DNA of 64,000 bases from an uncultured Actinomycetota bacterium. GTDB lineage: Bacteria > Actinomycetota > Acidimicrobiia > Spongiisociales > UBA5794. Numbering within the stretch: the first letter of the stretch is position 1; each line of letters begins with the position of its first letter. The translations under genes were made by a program, and so were the position numbers. The notes under the pieces are model-generated. The model was not told the origin of the DNA. It saw nothing but the letters and a program-made list of their open reading frames with translations, and did not search any database. The stretch covers positions 1,010 through 65,009 of the forward strand of contig CAVOXF010000007.1 of assembly GCA_963700375.1 (NCBI GenBank). Reading direction: 5' to 3'. Positions 17,030 through 28,090 of the stretch are shown here, piece by piece.

Positions 17030-18363
17030 ACAGCGTCGGCGACGGCCTGCACGACGGCGCGGCGGTGTTCGAGGACTCCCTCGTAGAGATCGGTGCGATG
17101 GGACCGCCACGAACCGCGCCATGCCCGCCAGACGAGCCGCCCCCGTTCGAGCAGCGCGAACACCGCAAAAACATACAGCGGCATCACGAGCAGCAGCGCG
17201 GCCACGCCTTCGATTCCTGACCGCGTCCAACCGAACCAGCCGGCGACACCCCACGTGACGCCGAACAGGAGTATGGCGGAGGCGGGCTTCACGGTGGCGG
17301 CCATGGCCGGGGCCATCTTGACGCGTCCAATCAGCCAGAGGAGGAGAAACGGGACGATGTTGATCACGAGGCCTACCAGAGCGAACGGCAGCAGGAGAAC
17401 GCCCACAATCAGGTTCCAGATGATGCGCCAGAAGAAGGAACGCCGACTTTGGTGGGATGTCACCATCTGCTGGTCGGAGAGGCCGACGGCCTCGAGGTCG
17501 GCCGTATAGCGATCGACCGCTTCTGTGATGGCCTCTTTGGTCTCCCCAGACCGTTGCGAGAGCAGATTCGCCAGGGCGGATTCGTCGGCGTAGTCCACCT
17601 CCACACGAGCGCCCGGGATGGAACGGAGCGCAATCGCTGCAGCGGCCGTGAGCCCCCGCTCTTGCTCCCAATCGGCATAATCGGGCGCCGATCGCCTCAG
17701 ACGTCCTTCGATATCGGCCGTCAGGGCCCGCACGGCATCCCGATTCGAAGCATCCTGCGCCGTCCCGGGTTCGGCGTACCGACCGATCTCCTTGTCGACA
17801 TCGAGCGGCACTCCGACGTTGACCCACACCTTCGAACGGAGCGCCGCCTTGTCGTCATAGTGGATGCCCGAGGGAATGATCTGGATCCCGTCGACACCGG
17901 ACGCTCTCGCACCGAGAGCGATCCGGGCAGCCCCGGTCTTCACCCTGGCGATGGCGGGATCGTCCACTGTGATGCCCTCCGGGAAGATCATCACGAGGTC
18001 GCCCTCTCCAAGGGCGGTGTACGTCGAGTGGAACATCTGGTCGTTGCCGGCCGGTCCCTTGTCCGCCGGCTTGTGAGTCGGGATGGCTCTGAAGAACTCC
18101 ATCAACCGCCTGGCGATCGGGTACCGCCAGATCACGTCCCGCGCGATGAAGCGAGGCACCCGATCAAGGGCGTATGCCTGGACGAGGGCGTCCGAGAAGC
18201 CGCCGAAATGATTGGAAACTGCAAGCTGCGGCCCGGACGCCGTCTCGCCTGCTGCCTGCCGAACCTCAACGCTGCGATAGATGAGACGGACCGCAAGCCC
18301 GGCAACGTTCTTCGTGAAGCGCTCGCGTCGGCTGAGATGCGCCTCCGGTCGAGCTTCCTTCAC
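17026..18363 (-). CDS. Glycerolipid acyltransferase (PlsC-like) with C-terminal TM helices
   Basis: NH...SD and IFPEG motifs, KTGAARIA. Confidence 0.88.
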   Translation of the reverse strand: MKEARPEAHLSRRERFTKNVAGLAVRLIYRSVEVRQAAGETASGPQLAVSNHFGGFSDALVQAYALDRVPRFIARDVIWRYPIARRLMEFFRAIPTHKPADKGPAGNDQMFHSTYTALGEGDLVMIFPEGITVDDPAIARVKTGAARIALGARASGVDGIQIIPSGIHYDDKAALRSKVWVNVGVPLDVDKEIGRYAEPGTAQDASNRDAVRALTADIEGRLRRSAPDYADWEQERGLTAAAAIALRSIPGARVEVDYADESALANLLSQRSGETKEAITEAVDRYTADLEAVGLSDQQMVTSHQSRRSFFWRIIWNLIVGVLLLPFALVGLVINIVPFLLLWLIGRVKMAPAMAATVKPASAILLFGVTWGVAGWFGWTRSGIEGVAALLLVMPLYVFAVFALLERGRLVWRAWRGSWRSHRTDLYEGVLEHRRAVVQAVADAV

Positions 18364-20738
18364 CCGGCCTCCTCGTCAACTGCGAACCACGATACCCAGG
18401 GTCCCTCGTGGTGGTCGACCACGCGCAGAACGACGTGGAGGACGACGGCGGATGCAACGGTTGCAGCGGCGATGACAGCGATGATGTCCACCGGGGGGAT
18501 CACCAGGTCGAAGAATCTCCTACCGAACGGGACAACGAGCGTCAGAGCGAACACCGCGACCATCGCCCCCACCAGCGCCATCCGGCTCGGCGTGAGGGGT
18601 ATCACGAGCTCGATCAGCACCCACATGCCGACCAGGACCATCGTGATCGTCGTCGCGCTTCTCGCGATCGTGAGATCTCCTTCGATCGCACGGGCCGCGC
18701 TGTACACGCCGTACGCCGCCGCCGCTGCGATTACACCCGACGGCACGGCAAATCTCATGATCCGTCTGAACGCGCCCGTCCGAACAGGTTCGTCGGTTGG
18801 CTCGAAGGACAGGAAGAATGCGGGGATCCCGATCGTCAACGAACCGATCAACGTCAGGTGGCGAGGAAGCAGCGGGAACACCCGTCCGACGAGCCCAATT
18901 GCTACAGCAAGGATCGCTGCGTAGACGGTCTTCGTAACGAAGAGTGAGGCAACCCGTTCCATGTTCGCGATAACGCGCCGCCCTTCGGCGACAACGTATG
19001 GCAGCGACGCGAACCGGTTGTCGAGGAGGACGATCTGAGCGACGGCCCTGGTGGCCGGTGCCCCCGAGCCCATCGCTATCCCGATATCGGCACCCTTGAG
19101 GGCGAGCACGTCGTTGACGCCGTCGCCGGTCATCGCGACCGTGTGCCCGGCGTTCTGCATGGCCGTCACCATGTGCCGCTTCTGATCGGGAACGACGCGC
19201 CCGAACACTGATCCTTCGTTGATGGCCTGTTCGAATTCGGGTGTTGCCACATCCGGTAGCTCTCGGGCGTCGATGGCGCGATCCGCTCCCGGAACGCCGA
19301 CGGTGCCTGCGATCGAGCCAACGGTCAACGCGGCGTCGCCGGAAATGACCTTCGGGGCAACGTTCTGGTCGAGGAAGTAGGCGACCGTGTCGGCCGCGTC
19401 CGACCGGATCTCCTCGGCGAACGTCAGATAGCCGACCGGTTCGAGGCCGACGGGAAGCGTGCCCTCGTCCTCGGGGAGCGGCGATTCGGTTGCGGCGACG
19501 AGCAGCACCCGTTCGCCCCTGGACCCGATGGCGCCCAGGCGTCCGAGAAGGGTCGGATCGTCGCTCCCGAGGACGATTTCGGGCGCACCGATGACCCACG
19601 AGCATCCGTCGGTGAAGCGAACCGCCGAGAACTTCCGAACCGAGGAGAATGGTACGAATCGTTCGACGACCCACCGGGGTGGGTCGGGATAGGCCTGAGC
19701 GACGCCCTGCATCGTCGGATTCGGGTGCGGGTCGGCCGCAGCGATCGCAGCAACGGCACCTGCGACGTCGGCGGCATCCCGGTCCCCGAGCGTAACGGTC
19801 TCGCGATGGCGGACGATGCCGGTGGTGAGGGTGCCGGTCTTGTCGACGCACACGACATCGACCCGGGCGAGGGTCTCAACCGCCGGCAGTTCCTGCACAA
19901 GCGCCTGGCGCTTCCCGAGGCGGATGACTGCCACCGCCGACGCCATCGACACGAGAAGCACGAGACCCTGGGGCACCATCCCGACCACGCCGGCCACGGT
20001 CGAGACCATGGCCTCGCCGATCGATCCGTCGGTCTGCATCTGGCTCCACAGCAGCAGGCCGCCGATCGGGATCAGCATCCAGGTGACGACACGTAGAATC
20101 TGGTCGATCCCCTGCTGGAGTGCGCTCTTCATGAGGGTGAACTTCTTCGCTTCGACCGCAAGGTGTTGCGCGTACGCATCGTCGCCGACGGCCGTCGCGC
20201 GGATCGTCACGGAGCCGGCCACGATGAATGACCCGGAGAGAACCGAGTCACCGGGATCCTTGTGGAGCGGATCCGCCTCTCCGGTAACGAGCGATTCGTC
20301 GATCTGCACGCTTCCGGACGCCAAGACGGTGCCATCCGCCGGCACCTGGTCGCCCGTCGACAGTTCGATCACGTCGTCGAGGACGACTTCACCGACCGGG
20401 ATCTTCGCGGATTCACCGTCACGAACAACGGTCACGTTCGGGGCAACGAGGACGCTCAAGCGGTCGAGCGTGTGCTTTGCCCGCAACTCCTGCACGATCC
20501 CGATGATCGCGTTCGCCGTCATCACGAATCCGAAGAGCGCGTCCGGTAGGTGCCCGAAGATCAGCACGATCACGAGCATCACCGACATGATGGCGTTGAA
20601 ACGGGTGAGCAGGTTCGAGCGGAGGATGTCGGCGACCGACCGTGATCCTCTGACCTCGACGGTGTTGACCTTCCCCGCTGCGACGCGTTGGGCCACCTGG
20701 GCGGCCGTCAGCCCCCGTTCATCGGCTTCGATCGTCAC
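18360..20738 (-). CDS. Cation-transporting P-type ATPase (CtpE-like)
   Basis: TGEA, VPQGL, DKTGTLT, SGD, MTGDGVND. Confidence 0.95.
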   Translation of the reverse strand: MTIEADERGLTAAQVAQRVAAGKVNTVEVRGSRSVADILRSNLLTRFNAIMSVMLVIVLIFGHLPDALFGFVMTANAIIGIVQELRAKHTLDRLSVLVAPNVTVVRDGESAKIPVGEVVLDDVIELSTGDQVPADGTVLASGSVQIDESLVTGEADPLHKDPGDSVLSGSFIVAGSVTIRATAVGDDAYAQHLAVEAKKFTLMKSALQQGIDQILRVVTWMLIPIGGLLLWSQMQTDGSIGEAMVSTVAGVVGMVPQGLVLLVSMASAVAVIRLGKRQALVQELPAVETLARVDVVCVDKTGTLTTGIVRHRETVTLGDRDAADVAGAVAAIAAADPHPNPTMQGVAQAYPDPPRWVVERFVPFSSVRKFSAVRFTDGCSWVIGAPEIVLGSDDPTLLGRLGAIGSRGERVLLVAATESPLPEDEGTLPVGLEPVGYLTFAEEIRSDAADTVAYFLDQNVAPKVISGDAALTVGSIAGTVGVPGADRAIDARELPDVATPEFEQAINEGSVFGRVVPDQKRHMVTAMQNAGHTVAMTGDGVNDVLALKGADIGIAMGSGAPATRAVAQIVLLDNRFASLPYVVAEGRRVIANMERVASLFVTKTVYAAILAVAIGLVGRVFPLLPRHLTLIGSLTIGIPAFFLSFEPTDEPVRTGAFRRIMRFAVPSGVIAAAAAYGVYSAARAIEGDLTIARSATTITMVLVGMWVLIELVIPLTPSRMALVGAMVAVFALTLVVPFGRRFFDLVIPPVDIIAVIAAATVASAVVLHVVLRVVDHHEGPWVSWFAVDEEAG

Positions 20739-20760
20739 AGCCCTGTTCCCGCCATGGGTC

Positions 20761-21372
20761 CTACCCGCCGAAGTGCTCGTCGTAGTCGGCCATCGCCTCG
20801 GCGACGACCCGGACCGCGTGGTCGTGGCCGTAGATCTCGGGAATCTGGACCTGGTCCTCCTCCCCCGGCATCGTCTTGTACGTGAGGAAGTAGTGCTCGA
20901 GCCGCGAGATCAGGGCACTCGGGATGTCGGTGATGTCGCGAGCTCCGCCGAGGACGGCGTCGTCCACGAGAATGGCGATGATCTTGTCGTCCGCCTCTCC
21001 GTGGTCGATCATGCGTATACCTCCGACGACCCGAGCGTTGAGCATGATCTCGGATCGGTCGATGGCCCGCTCGGAGATCACGCAGATATCGAGCGGATCA
21101 CGGTCCGCCTCGGTCACCTCCGGCGAGAGCGCCGCAACTCGCTCTCCGCAGAACGTCTGGGGGATCAGGCCGTAGAGGGTGGGTGGTGAACTGCTGCCCC
21201 GCTGTGGGCGATCGACTTTCAGGTACCCAGTCCGCTTCTCGACTTCGTACTTGACGAAGTCGAACGGCGAAATCTCGATGAACGCGGTCACGATCTCCGG
21301 GGCGTCCGGGCCGGGATCGAGTCCATGCCACGGATGCGGGCGCCACCGGAAGAACGGTTCGGGGAATCCCAT
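20761..21372 (-). CDS. ppa: Family I inorganic pyrophosphatase
   Basis: HPWH, KYE, VDR, YGLIPQT, DRDPLD, DDKII, YK. Confidence 0.93.
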   Translation of the reverse strand: MGFPEPFFRWRPHPWHGLDPGPDAPEIVTAFIEISPFDFVKYEVEKRTGYLKVDRPQRGSSSPPTLYGLIPQTFCGERVAALSPEVTEADRDPLDICVISERAIDRSEIMLNARVVGGIRMIDHGEADDKIIAILVDDAVLGGARDITDIPSALISRLEHYFLTYKTMPGEEDQVQIPEIYGHDHAVRVVAEAMADYDEHFGG

Positions 21373-21462
21373 GCAACCTCCTCCCCCGCGATCGTAGCCG
21401 GGCTCGGCGAACTGGCTCCATTCGGCACCGTGCCCTGGGTCGATTTCTGCCCGATCGGCTGC

Positions 21463-22285
21463 TCAGCGATCGAGGCCCGGCGATGCTGCCGCGAACACGG
21501 CCCCGGCATAGTCCAGAATCCGCTCGGCGCCTCCGACGCGGCCGACCACTTCGGCATACGGAAGGATCGAACCCTCCCAGCCATCCGTGTGCCAGCGCGC
21601 ACCCGACGGCAGGGCCACGTTCAGCAACGCCTCGGCGTCGAACGGCCACGGGTTCGAGTAGAAGTAGGCGTCGCCGGCCGGATAGAAGCCGAGATTGATC
21701 TGAGCCGGGATCTCTGACGACTCGCCGACTTCCTTCGTCGGAACCGTTCGCGTGCCGAACCATTCGAACGCAAGGTCGAAGCCATGTGGCCAGAGCTGGA
21801 CGGGGCCAACGTTGCCACCAATCCGATTCCGGTGGGCGGCAAGCACCCCCTCGGCCGCTGCGAGGACCTGGAAGATCTCGAGCGCGTCGACTTCACGGTA
21901 GGGACGGGCCTCATCGCTCTCGAACCTCGAGCGGTCGTAGTCGCCTGTCAGCCCGAACTCGGCTGCGGCCGCGATCAATGCATCCCCCATTTCGGTAGCG
22001 GTGAACCCTGCGTTCATCGGGAACCTGCGGGTCTCGCCGGCGGAGGTTTCCAGGATGATCAGACTCGTCCGGGGGTCCATGCGCACGTACGCTGCCCCGC
22101 CGTCGGGCAGCGTCATGGTCTCGGTCATCATGCCGTCGGGGCGGACCTGGAGCGAGACGTGCCACCACTTCGAATGCGCGAGCGCATGCGCACGGGGCAG
22201 GGCCGCGATCGCATGGGCATAGGCGTGCAGCGTTGCCCTCGTCGGTTCACCGTCCGTCGGAAGCGCTGGGAGGGCTGGCATCATG
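21463..22285 (-). CDS. DUF5996-like hypothetical protein
   Basis: WWHVSL, PVQLWPHGFDLA, GFYP..AYFYSNPWP. Confidence 0.75.
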
Positions 22286-22373
22286 GCTGGCTCCGTTCTC
22301 GTGGTTCGTCCCGGTTCAATGCCGGCCGGGCGCAATGCATTCCCGGTTCGACGGTGGCGGTACGCTGCCGGAC

Positions 22374-22928
22374 ATGAAACCGCTCATGCTCCCGGACCCA
22401 TTGATTCATCCTTCGGCGTTCATCGCTCCGACGGCCCGAGTGTACGGATCGGTCGAGATCCGGGCGCTCGCCGTCGTCATGTTCGGCGCAGTCCTGCGGG
22501 CCGAACTCGATGCAATCGTGATCGGCGAGGAGTCGAACCTTCAGGACAACGTCGTGGTTCATTCGGACCTGGGGATGCCGACGTCGATTGGCCGGCGGGT
22601 GACCGTCGGCCACGCCGCTGTGGTCCACGGTGCCACCATCGGCGACCGCTGCCTTGTCGGCATCGGAGCGCTGGCCCTCAACGGCTCGCTGCTCGGGGAC
22701 GGCGCCTGGCTCGCAGCTGGATCGGTGTTGCCGGAGGGCAAATCGATTCCGCCCTGGACGCTGGCGGTTGGAACTCCGGCGAAGCCACTGCGGGAACTGA
22801 CGTCCGAAGAGATCGAGCGGCAGGATCAAGGAGTGGATCTCTATCTGCAGTTCGGGGCGACGTATCGGGGGTTGCCAGTCGCCAGTCGCCAGTCGCCAGT
22901 CTCGTTCGAGAAGGCCTCCCAGCCCTGA
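22374..22928 (+). CDS. Gamma carbonic anhydrase family protein
   Basis: Hexapeptide repeats, SNLQDNVVVH, VGHAAVVHG. Confidence 0.92.
   Translation: MKPLMLPDPLIHPSAFIAPTARVYGSVEIRALAVVMFGAVLRAELDAIVIGEESNLQDNVVVHSDLGMPTSIGRRVTVGHAAVVHGATIGDRCLVGIGALALNGSLLGDGAWLAAGSVLPEGKSIPPWTLAVGTPAKPLRELTSEEIERQDQGVDLYLQFGATYRGLPVASRQSPVSFEKASQP
22874..22901. repeat. Heptamer tandem repeat (GCCAGTC)n
   Basis: Repeated GCCAGTC units at the 3' end of the gamma-CA gene. Confidence 0.8.
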
Positions 22929-22943
22929 GCGCGGCACATCAGG

Positions 22944-25900
22944 CTACGGTGCGACGGCTCGTTCTAGGGCTTCTAGGATGCGTTTCTCGCTGATCTTGCT
23001 CTTGGTTCCTATGGATTGCGCGAACACGCTCACCCGGAGCTCCTGGAGCATCCACGCCACCTCGATCAGTTGCGTCGAGTTCGGGACGGCGTCTGAGAGT
23101 TCGTCGCGCTCGGCCTCCAGGTCCCGGATGCGGTCCATCGCGGCACGATCCTTCTCCACGCGATCGGGAAGCGCTTCCAGGCGCCGTGAGACGGCCCGCA
23201 CGTACCGATGGATGTCCGGCAGTCGCTCGATGCCGACCGCCGTCAGGAATCCCGGATAGATCAGCCGGTCGACCTGCTCCTCGACGTCGAACACGACGTC
23301 CGGGTAGTGCGCCAGTGACCCGCCGGCCAGCGTCGCCCGCACCTCACGGAGTTCGTCCAGAATCTCGAGGGCATCCGATGCCACGGCAACCAGCAGGTCC
23401 GGAGACGCTGCACCGATCTGCGTGAGCAGGCGGTCAAACGAGGTGGCATCCCAGACGGGTCCGCCTGCCTCGCCGAGCAGGTCGTCGACCGCACACATCA
23501 GGCAATCGTCGGCCCATTCGTTGAACGACTCGTAAGGGCCGGCTGCAATCGCACCGAGACCATCGTCGGTCACGAGGGGCCGAAGCACCCTCGCCGGCGA
23601 CGGCAGGCCGAGCACGATCAGCTTCCGCGTGCCGGCCCACATGGAAGCCGACTGCTCTCCGGACGTGGCGAATAGCCGGACTGCGACCGCGTCACCGTCG
23701 TCAATGAGGGCCGGGTACGCCGTCATCGACCGTCCCGGCCCTTCGATCTCTGCCTCGGTCGGAAGGTCGCCGAAGTCCCACGATGTGATCCCAGTGCGCT
23801 CGACGCCGTGGCCCAACGTCGCCACCGCCGCCTGGGCCTCGGCTCGTAGTTGATCGGCCAGCAGTGCGAGGTTCGGGCCCTCAGCGAGGACGGAGCCGTC
23901 TTCTCCAACGACACGGAAGAACGGCCTCAGGTGCGAGGGAATTCGATCCAGGTCGAATGCATCCAGCGGAATGGCTGCTCCGGCCCGTTTCGTCAGCTCG
24001 CGCCGCAGGAACGGCACGAGCCCTTCCTCTGCGGGGTCATGCGTCGCCAGCACCGAATGGGCGGTTGCGGGTATCGGCGCCAACTGCTTCCGGAATCTCT
24101 TGGGGAGTGAACGCATCATCGCGACGACGAGCTCTTCACGAAGACCGGGAACCGACCATTCGAAGATGCCCGGGTCGACCCGCCCAAGGCCGCCGATCGG
24201 CACGCTGACGATCAGCCCGTCGGTCGCGCTACCCGGATCGAATTCGTAGGTGAGCGGCATCGAGACACCGCCGTACTGCCAGACCTCCGGGAATGCTTCC
24301 GCCCCGGGCGTTTCGATCTCCGGTTCGAGGAGATCGTCGACCGCAAGGTCGAGCCGGTGCGGGTCCGTCAGTCGCACGTCCTTCCACCATCGATCGAAGT
24401 GCCGCACGGAGACGATGTCCTTCGGAATCCGGCGGTCGAAGAACTCGACGACCGCTTCGTCGTCGACGAGCAGATCGGTTCGTCGATACCGCGCCTCGAG
24501 GTCGAGCACTTCGCTGATGACCGCGGCGTTGTGTTCGACAAAGCGGTGGTGCGCATCCCACTCCCCCGCAATGAGTGCATGACGTATGAAGAGGTCGCGG
24601 GCGGCCTCGGGATCGATCCTTCCGTACAGCACCGGACGGGCGGTCTGCAGCGGAAGTCCGTAGAGGGAGACCGACTCGTTCGCTGTCGCGGCGCCGCGTC
24701 TCTCGTCCCACACCGGATCCGAGTACGAGCGGCTCACCAGGTGATCCGCGGCGCTCTCGATCCATTCGGGTTTGACCGATGCGACACCACGTGCCCAGAG
24801 GCGGGTCGTCTCGACCAGTTCCGCCGCCATCACCCACTCGGGGGGTCGTTTGAAGAGGGTCGAGCCGGGGTTGATCGAGAAGCGACTGCTTCGTGCGCCC
24901 CGGTACTCGAAAGATCCATGGTCCTTGGTCCCGACGTTGGACAAGAGGCCGGTGAGCAACGTCCGGTGAACCACCTCGCGCTGCGCCGGCTCGCGGTTGG
25001 GTACGAACCCGAGGTCCTTCGTCACGTCACGGAGTTGGGCACGAAGATCCTGCCACTCCCTGACCCGTCGATAGTTCAGATACTCGTTCTTGCAGAGACG
25101 CCTGAACTGGCTTGACGACCTGGCCCGTCGTTCTCCGCTCAGGTACTCCCAGAGATGCAGCCAGCTGTAGAAGTCGGACTCTTCATCCCTGAATCGGGCG
25201 TGGGCCTGGTCCGCCTGGGCCTGCTTCTCTGCAGGGCGCTCTCGCGGATCTTGTATGGCGAGAGCGGCCGTGATGATGAGCACCTCGCGGAGACTTGCCG
25301 TGCGGGTCGATTCGAGAATCATCCTCGCGAGCCGAAGATCGATGGGTAGATCGGCGAGGCTGCGGCCGAGCTTGGTGAGCCTCTGAAGGCCCTCCTCGCG
25401 GCCGGCTTCGATCGCTCCCAACTCGACAAGACGAGCGATGCCGTCCCCAATCGACCGGGAGTCCGGCGGGTCGAGAAACGGGAAGGTCTCGATCGCTCCG
25501 AGGTCGCGTGCCGTCATCTGCAGGATGACGGAGGCAAGGTTCGTCCGTTGGATCTCCGGCTCGGTGAACTCCGGACGTCTCTCGAAGTCGTCCTCTTCGT
25601 AGAGGCGGATGCATATGCCTGGTCCCAACCGGCCACAGCGTCCGGCACGCTGGTTGGCCGACGCCTGTGAGACGGGTTCGATCGGGAGACGCTGCACCTT
25701 GGTTCGCCGGCTATATCGAGAGATGCGGGCCGTCCCGGCGTCGATGACGTACCGGATGCCGGGAACCGTTAGCGACGTTTCGGCAACATTCGTTGCCAGC
25801 ACAATCCGGCGGCCCGTGTGGGGGCGGAACACACGGTGCTGCTCGGCCGCCGAGAGGCGGGCGTAGAGCGGCAGAACCTCGGTGTGGGGCAGGCCCAGTT

Positions 25901-26825
25901 CGTTGAGCGCATCGGCGGCATCGCGGATCTCCCGTTCACCGGCGCAGAACACGAGGATGTCGCCGTTCCCCTCGATGGACAACTCCGCGGCCGCGTCGCA
26001 GATACCTTGGATCTGATCCCTCGGTTCCGACTGGCCCGGATCATCGAGCGGGCGGTATCGGATCTCGACGGGATACGTCCTCCCGGACACCTCGATGACC
26101 GGCGCGTCCTCGAAGTGTTCTGAGAACCGTTCAGTGTCGATCGTCGCTGACGTGATGATGATCTTGAGATCCGGCCGCATCGGCAACAGGTTCTTCAGGT
26201 ACCCAAGGAGGAAGTCGATGTTGAGACTCCGCTCGTGCGCCTCATCGATGATGATGGTGTCGTAGCGTTCGAGCCGTCGATCTCGATGGATCTCCGCGAG
26301 CAGCAGCCCGTCGGTCATCACCTTGACCAGCGTCGAATCACCGGTCTGGTCCGAGAACCGCACCGCGTAGCCCACGGCCTCCCCCACCGTTGTGCCGATC
26401 TCTTCCGCAATCCGATCGGCAATCGACCGAGCGGCGATCCTGCGCGGCTGGGTGTGACCGATCGTTCCTTCGACTCCTCGGCCGAGCTCAAGGCAGAACT
26501 TGGGGATCTGCGTGCTCTTCCCCGATCCGGTCTCACCGGCGACAATCACGACCTGATACTCCCGGATCGCCTCCAGGATCTCATCCCGCCATGCGGTGAT
26601 CGGGAGTTCCTCCGGATAGGCGATCCGCTTCGGGACGGCGGCCGTGCGTGCGGCGATCCGCTTCTCGGCTGCGTCGATGGCTTCCGTCACCCGAGCCACA
26701 CTCTGCCCTCGCAACTTCGGGTCCTCGGCGCGTTCGGCCCCCGTCAGACGCCGATGCAGGCGCCGCCGTTCGGTCCGAGGCAGGCGATCAATACGCCGAC
26801 GAAGGTTGCCTGGGGGCTGGGTCAC
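22944..26825 (-). CDS. hrpA: ATP-dependent RNA helicase HrpA
   Basis: GETGSGKSTQ, DEAH, SAT, QRAGRCGR; C-terminal ELRVSVFAQ..ISEKRI; 1293 aa. Confidence 0.96.
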   Translation of the reverse strand: MTQPPGNLRRRIDRLPRTERRRLHRRLTGAERAEDPKLRGQSVARVTEAIDAAEKRIAARTAAVPKRIAYPEELPITAWRDEILEAIREYQVVIVAGETGSGKSTQIPKFCLELGRGVEGTIGHTQPRRIAARSIADRIAEEIGTTVGEAVGYAVRFSDQTGDSTLVKVMTDGLLLAEIHRDRRLERYDTIIIDEAHERSLNIDFLLGYLKNLLPMRPDLKIIITSATIDTERFSEHFEDAPVIEVSGRTYPVEIRYRPLDDPGQSEPRDQIQGICDAAAELSIEGNGDILVFCAGEREIRDAADALNELGLPHTEVLPLYARLSAAEQHRVFRPHTGRRIVLATNVAETSLTVPGIRYVIDAGTARISRYSRRTKVQRLPIEPVSQASANQRAGRCGRLGPGICIRLYEEDDFERRPEFTEPEIQRTNLASVILQMTARDLGAIETFPFLDPPDSRSIGDGIARLVELGAIEAGREEGLQRLTKLGRSLADLPIDLRLARMILESTRTASLREVLIITAALAIQDPRERPAEKQAQADQAHARFRDEESDFYSWLHLWEYLSGERRARSSSQFRRLCKNEYLNYRRVREWQDLRAQLRDVTKDLGFVPNREPAQREVVHRTLLTGLLSNVGTKDHGSFEYRGARSSRFSINPGSTLFKRPPEWVMAAELVETTRLWARGVASVKPEWIESAADHLVSRSYSDPVWDERRGAATANESVSLYGLPLQTARPVLYGRIDPEAARDLFIRHALIAGEWDAHHRFVEHNAAVISEVLDLEARYRRTDLLVDDEAVVEFFDRRIPKDIVSVRHFDRWWKDVRLTDPHRLDLAVDDLLEPEIETPGAEAFPEVWQYGGVSMPLTYEFDPGSATDGLIVSVPIGGLGRVDPGIFEWSVPGLREELVVAMMRSLPKRFRKQLAPIPATAHSVLATHDPAEEGLVPFLRRELTKRAGAAIPLDAFDLDRIPSHLRPFFRVVGEDGSVLAEGPNLALLADQLRAEAQAAVATLGHGVERTGITSWDFGDLPTEAEIEGPGRSMTAYPALIDDGDAVAVRLFATSGEQSASMWAGTRKLIVLGLPSPARVLRPLVTDDGLGAIAAGPYESFNEWADDCLMCAVDDLLGEAGGPVWDATSFDRLLTQIGAASPDLLVAVASDALEILDELREVRATLAGGSLAHYPDVVFDVEEQVDRLIYPGFLTAVGIERLPDIHRYVRAVSRRLEALPDRVEKDRAAMDRIRDLEAERDELSDAVPNSTQLIEVAWMLQELRVSVFAQSIGTKSKISEKRILEALERAVAP

Positions 26826-26889
26826 AGTCCGGAAGGGTACGACGGTTGAGGACCACGAGCTGCGAGCAAGGCCGGACCTCAGGCGCGGA

Positions 26890-26928
26890 TCGGATCGATT
26901 CTTCCCCTCAGGGGAAGAATCGATCCGA
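26890..26928. terminator. Perfect 18-bp hairpin directly after the DUF222-HNH stop
   Basis: TCGGATCGATTCTTCCCC-tca-GGGGAAGAATCGATCCGA. Confidence 0.7.
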
Positions 26929-28062
26929 CTACGCGACGCGCCAACTCGTGCGGCGTGGGGGTGCGTGGTTTCGTGGTCGGAGGAGTTGCCTTCGTTGCGG
27001 TGGGGTGGTGGGGTCGACGGTGAAGCCGTGGCCGTGGATCACGACATGGTGGTGGAACCAGCAGACGGTGGTGAGGTTGTCGGGGTCGGTGCGGCCGCCC
27101 TGGGACCAGGGTCGGATGTGATGCACCTGGAGGCGATACCTGCTGACGCAGCCCGCGATCGTGCACCCGGCGCCGTCGCGATGCAGGACGAACCGTCGCA
27201 GACGGGGCGGGATCAGCCGACTGCGGCGCCCCATAGCGAGTGGAGTGCCGCCTTGGGTTCTTGCAGTGACTTCGATCACACCGTCACACAGGATCGCTTC
27301 AAGAGTATGCGGCCCGGCCTGCGGCCCCGCCTCCACCTGAATACCCGTCTCACCGTTCGTAGGTGCAGCTTCGGTGGCGTCTACAAAGACCGTCACCATC
27401 GGAGCGGCTGATTCGACCGTGGCGCCGTCACCACCGTGGACGGAGTCCAACGCAATCGCCCACAAGGCGTCCGCGTTGCGGGTGGTGCGCGACGGTGCGG
27501 CGTCTGGACCGTAGGGGAAGGAGTCGCCTCTCGCTTCGAGGGCTTCGACAACGACCCGGCCCGCAAACGCGGGCAACTGCCCACGCAGACTCCACGCCGA
27601 CTCGTCAAGGTTCGGCTGAACCGACACATACCGTCCATCGAACGCGACCTCTTCATCGAGGCGGGTCATGTGACGGCGCCGTGCAGCGAGATGCCGAATC
27701 CCGGCAATATCCAACCCGGCCGTCTCATTCAAAACGTCGAGCGAATCGTCATGACCCGCAAAACGAGACACCGCCACCGCCCGATCGAAGCCAATAGCAC
27801 CCGAAGCCATAGCGTGATCGACCTCGGGAAGCCGCTGCAGTCGACTCGCCGTGGAGACGAGCTCCCGGGCGGTCTCGGGGGCGACGTCGAGGCGTCCCGT
27901 TACCCATTCGACCAGGGATCGGTGACCGTCACGCAGCGCCGTTTGGCGCCGGTCGAGTTCCCGCAGGACCGTCAACTGTGAGGCTCGGTGTCGGGCGATG
28001 GCGGCTTCGTGATCAAGCAGCTTCTGCTCGAGTGTTGCGGTTGTGGAACTCGTCGTATCCAT
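26929..28062 (-). CDS. DUF222 / HNH endonuclease protein (13E12-repeat-like family)
   Basis: RNADAL, ILCDG, RRFVLHRD..CTIAGC..VHHI..W..GGRTD..NL...CWFHH. Confidence 0.9.
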   Translation of the reverse strand: MDTTSSTTATLEQKLLDHEAAIARHRASQLTVLRELDRRQTALRDGHRSLVEWVTGRLDVAPETARELVSTASRLQRLPEVDHAMASGAIGFDRAVAVSRFAGHDDSLDVLNETAGLDIAGIRHLAARRRHMTRLDEEVAFDGRYVSVQPNLDESAWSLRGQLPAFAGRVVVEALEARGDSFPYGPDAAPSRTTRNADALWAIALDSVHGGDGATVESAAPMVTVFVDATEAAPTNGETGIQVEAGPQAGPHTLEAILCDGVIEVTARTQGGTPLAMGRRSRLIPPRLRRFVLHRDGAGCTIAGCVSRYRLQVHHIRPWSQGGRTDPDNLTTVCWFHHHVVIHGHGFTVDPTTPPQRRQLLRPRNHAPPRRTSWRVA

Positions 28063-28068
28063 ACCCGC

Positions 28069-28090
28069 AACGTATCAGCGCTGTGTGACA
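28069..28090 (-). promoter_or_regulatory. RecA-NDp-like (PafBC-type) promoter, leaderless
   Basis: Minus strand reads TGTCACAC-N8-TACGTT-N6-ATG. Confidence 0.6.

Noticed and set aside
22874-22901. Heptamer repeat as a phase-variation switch
   Set aside because: It lies after the conserved domain near the stop, so slippage would change only the tail.
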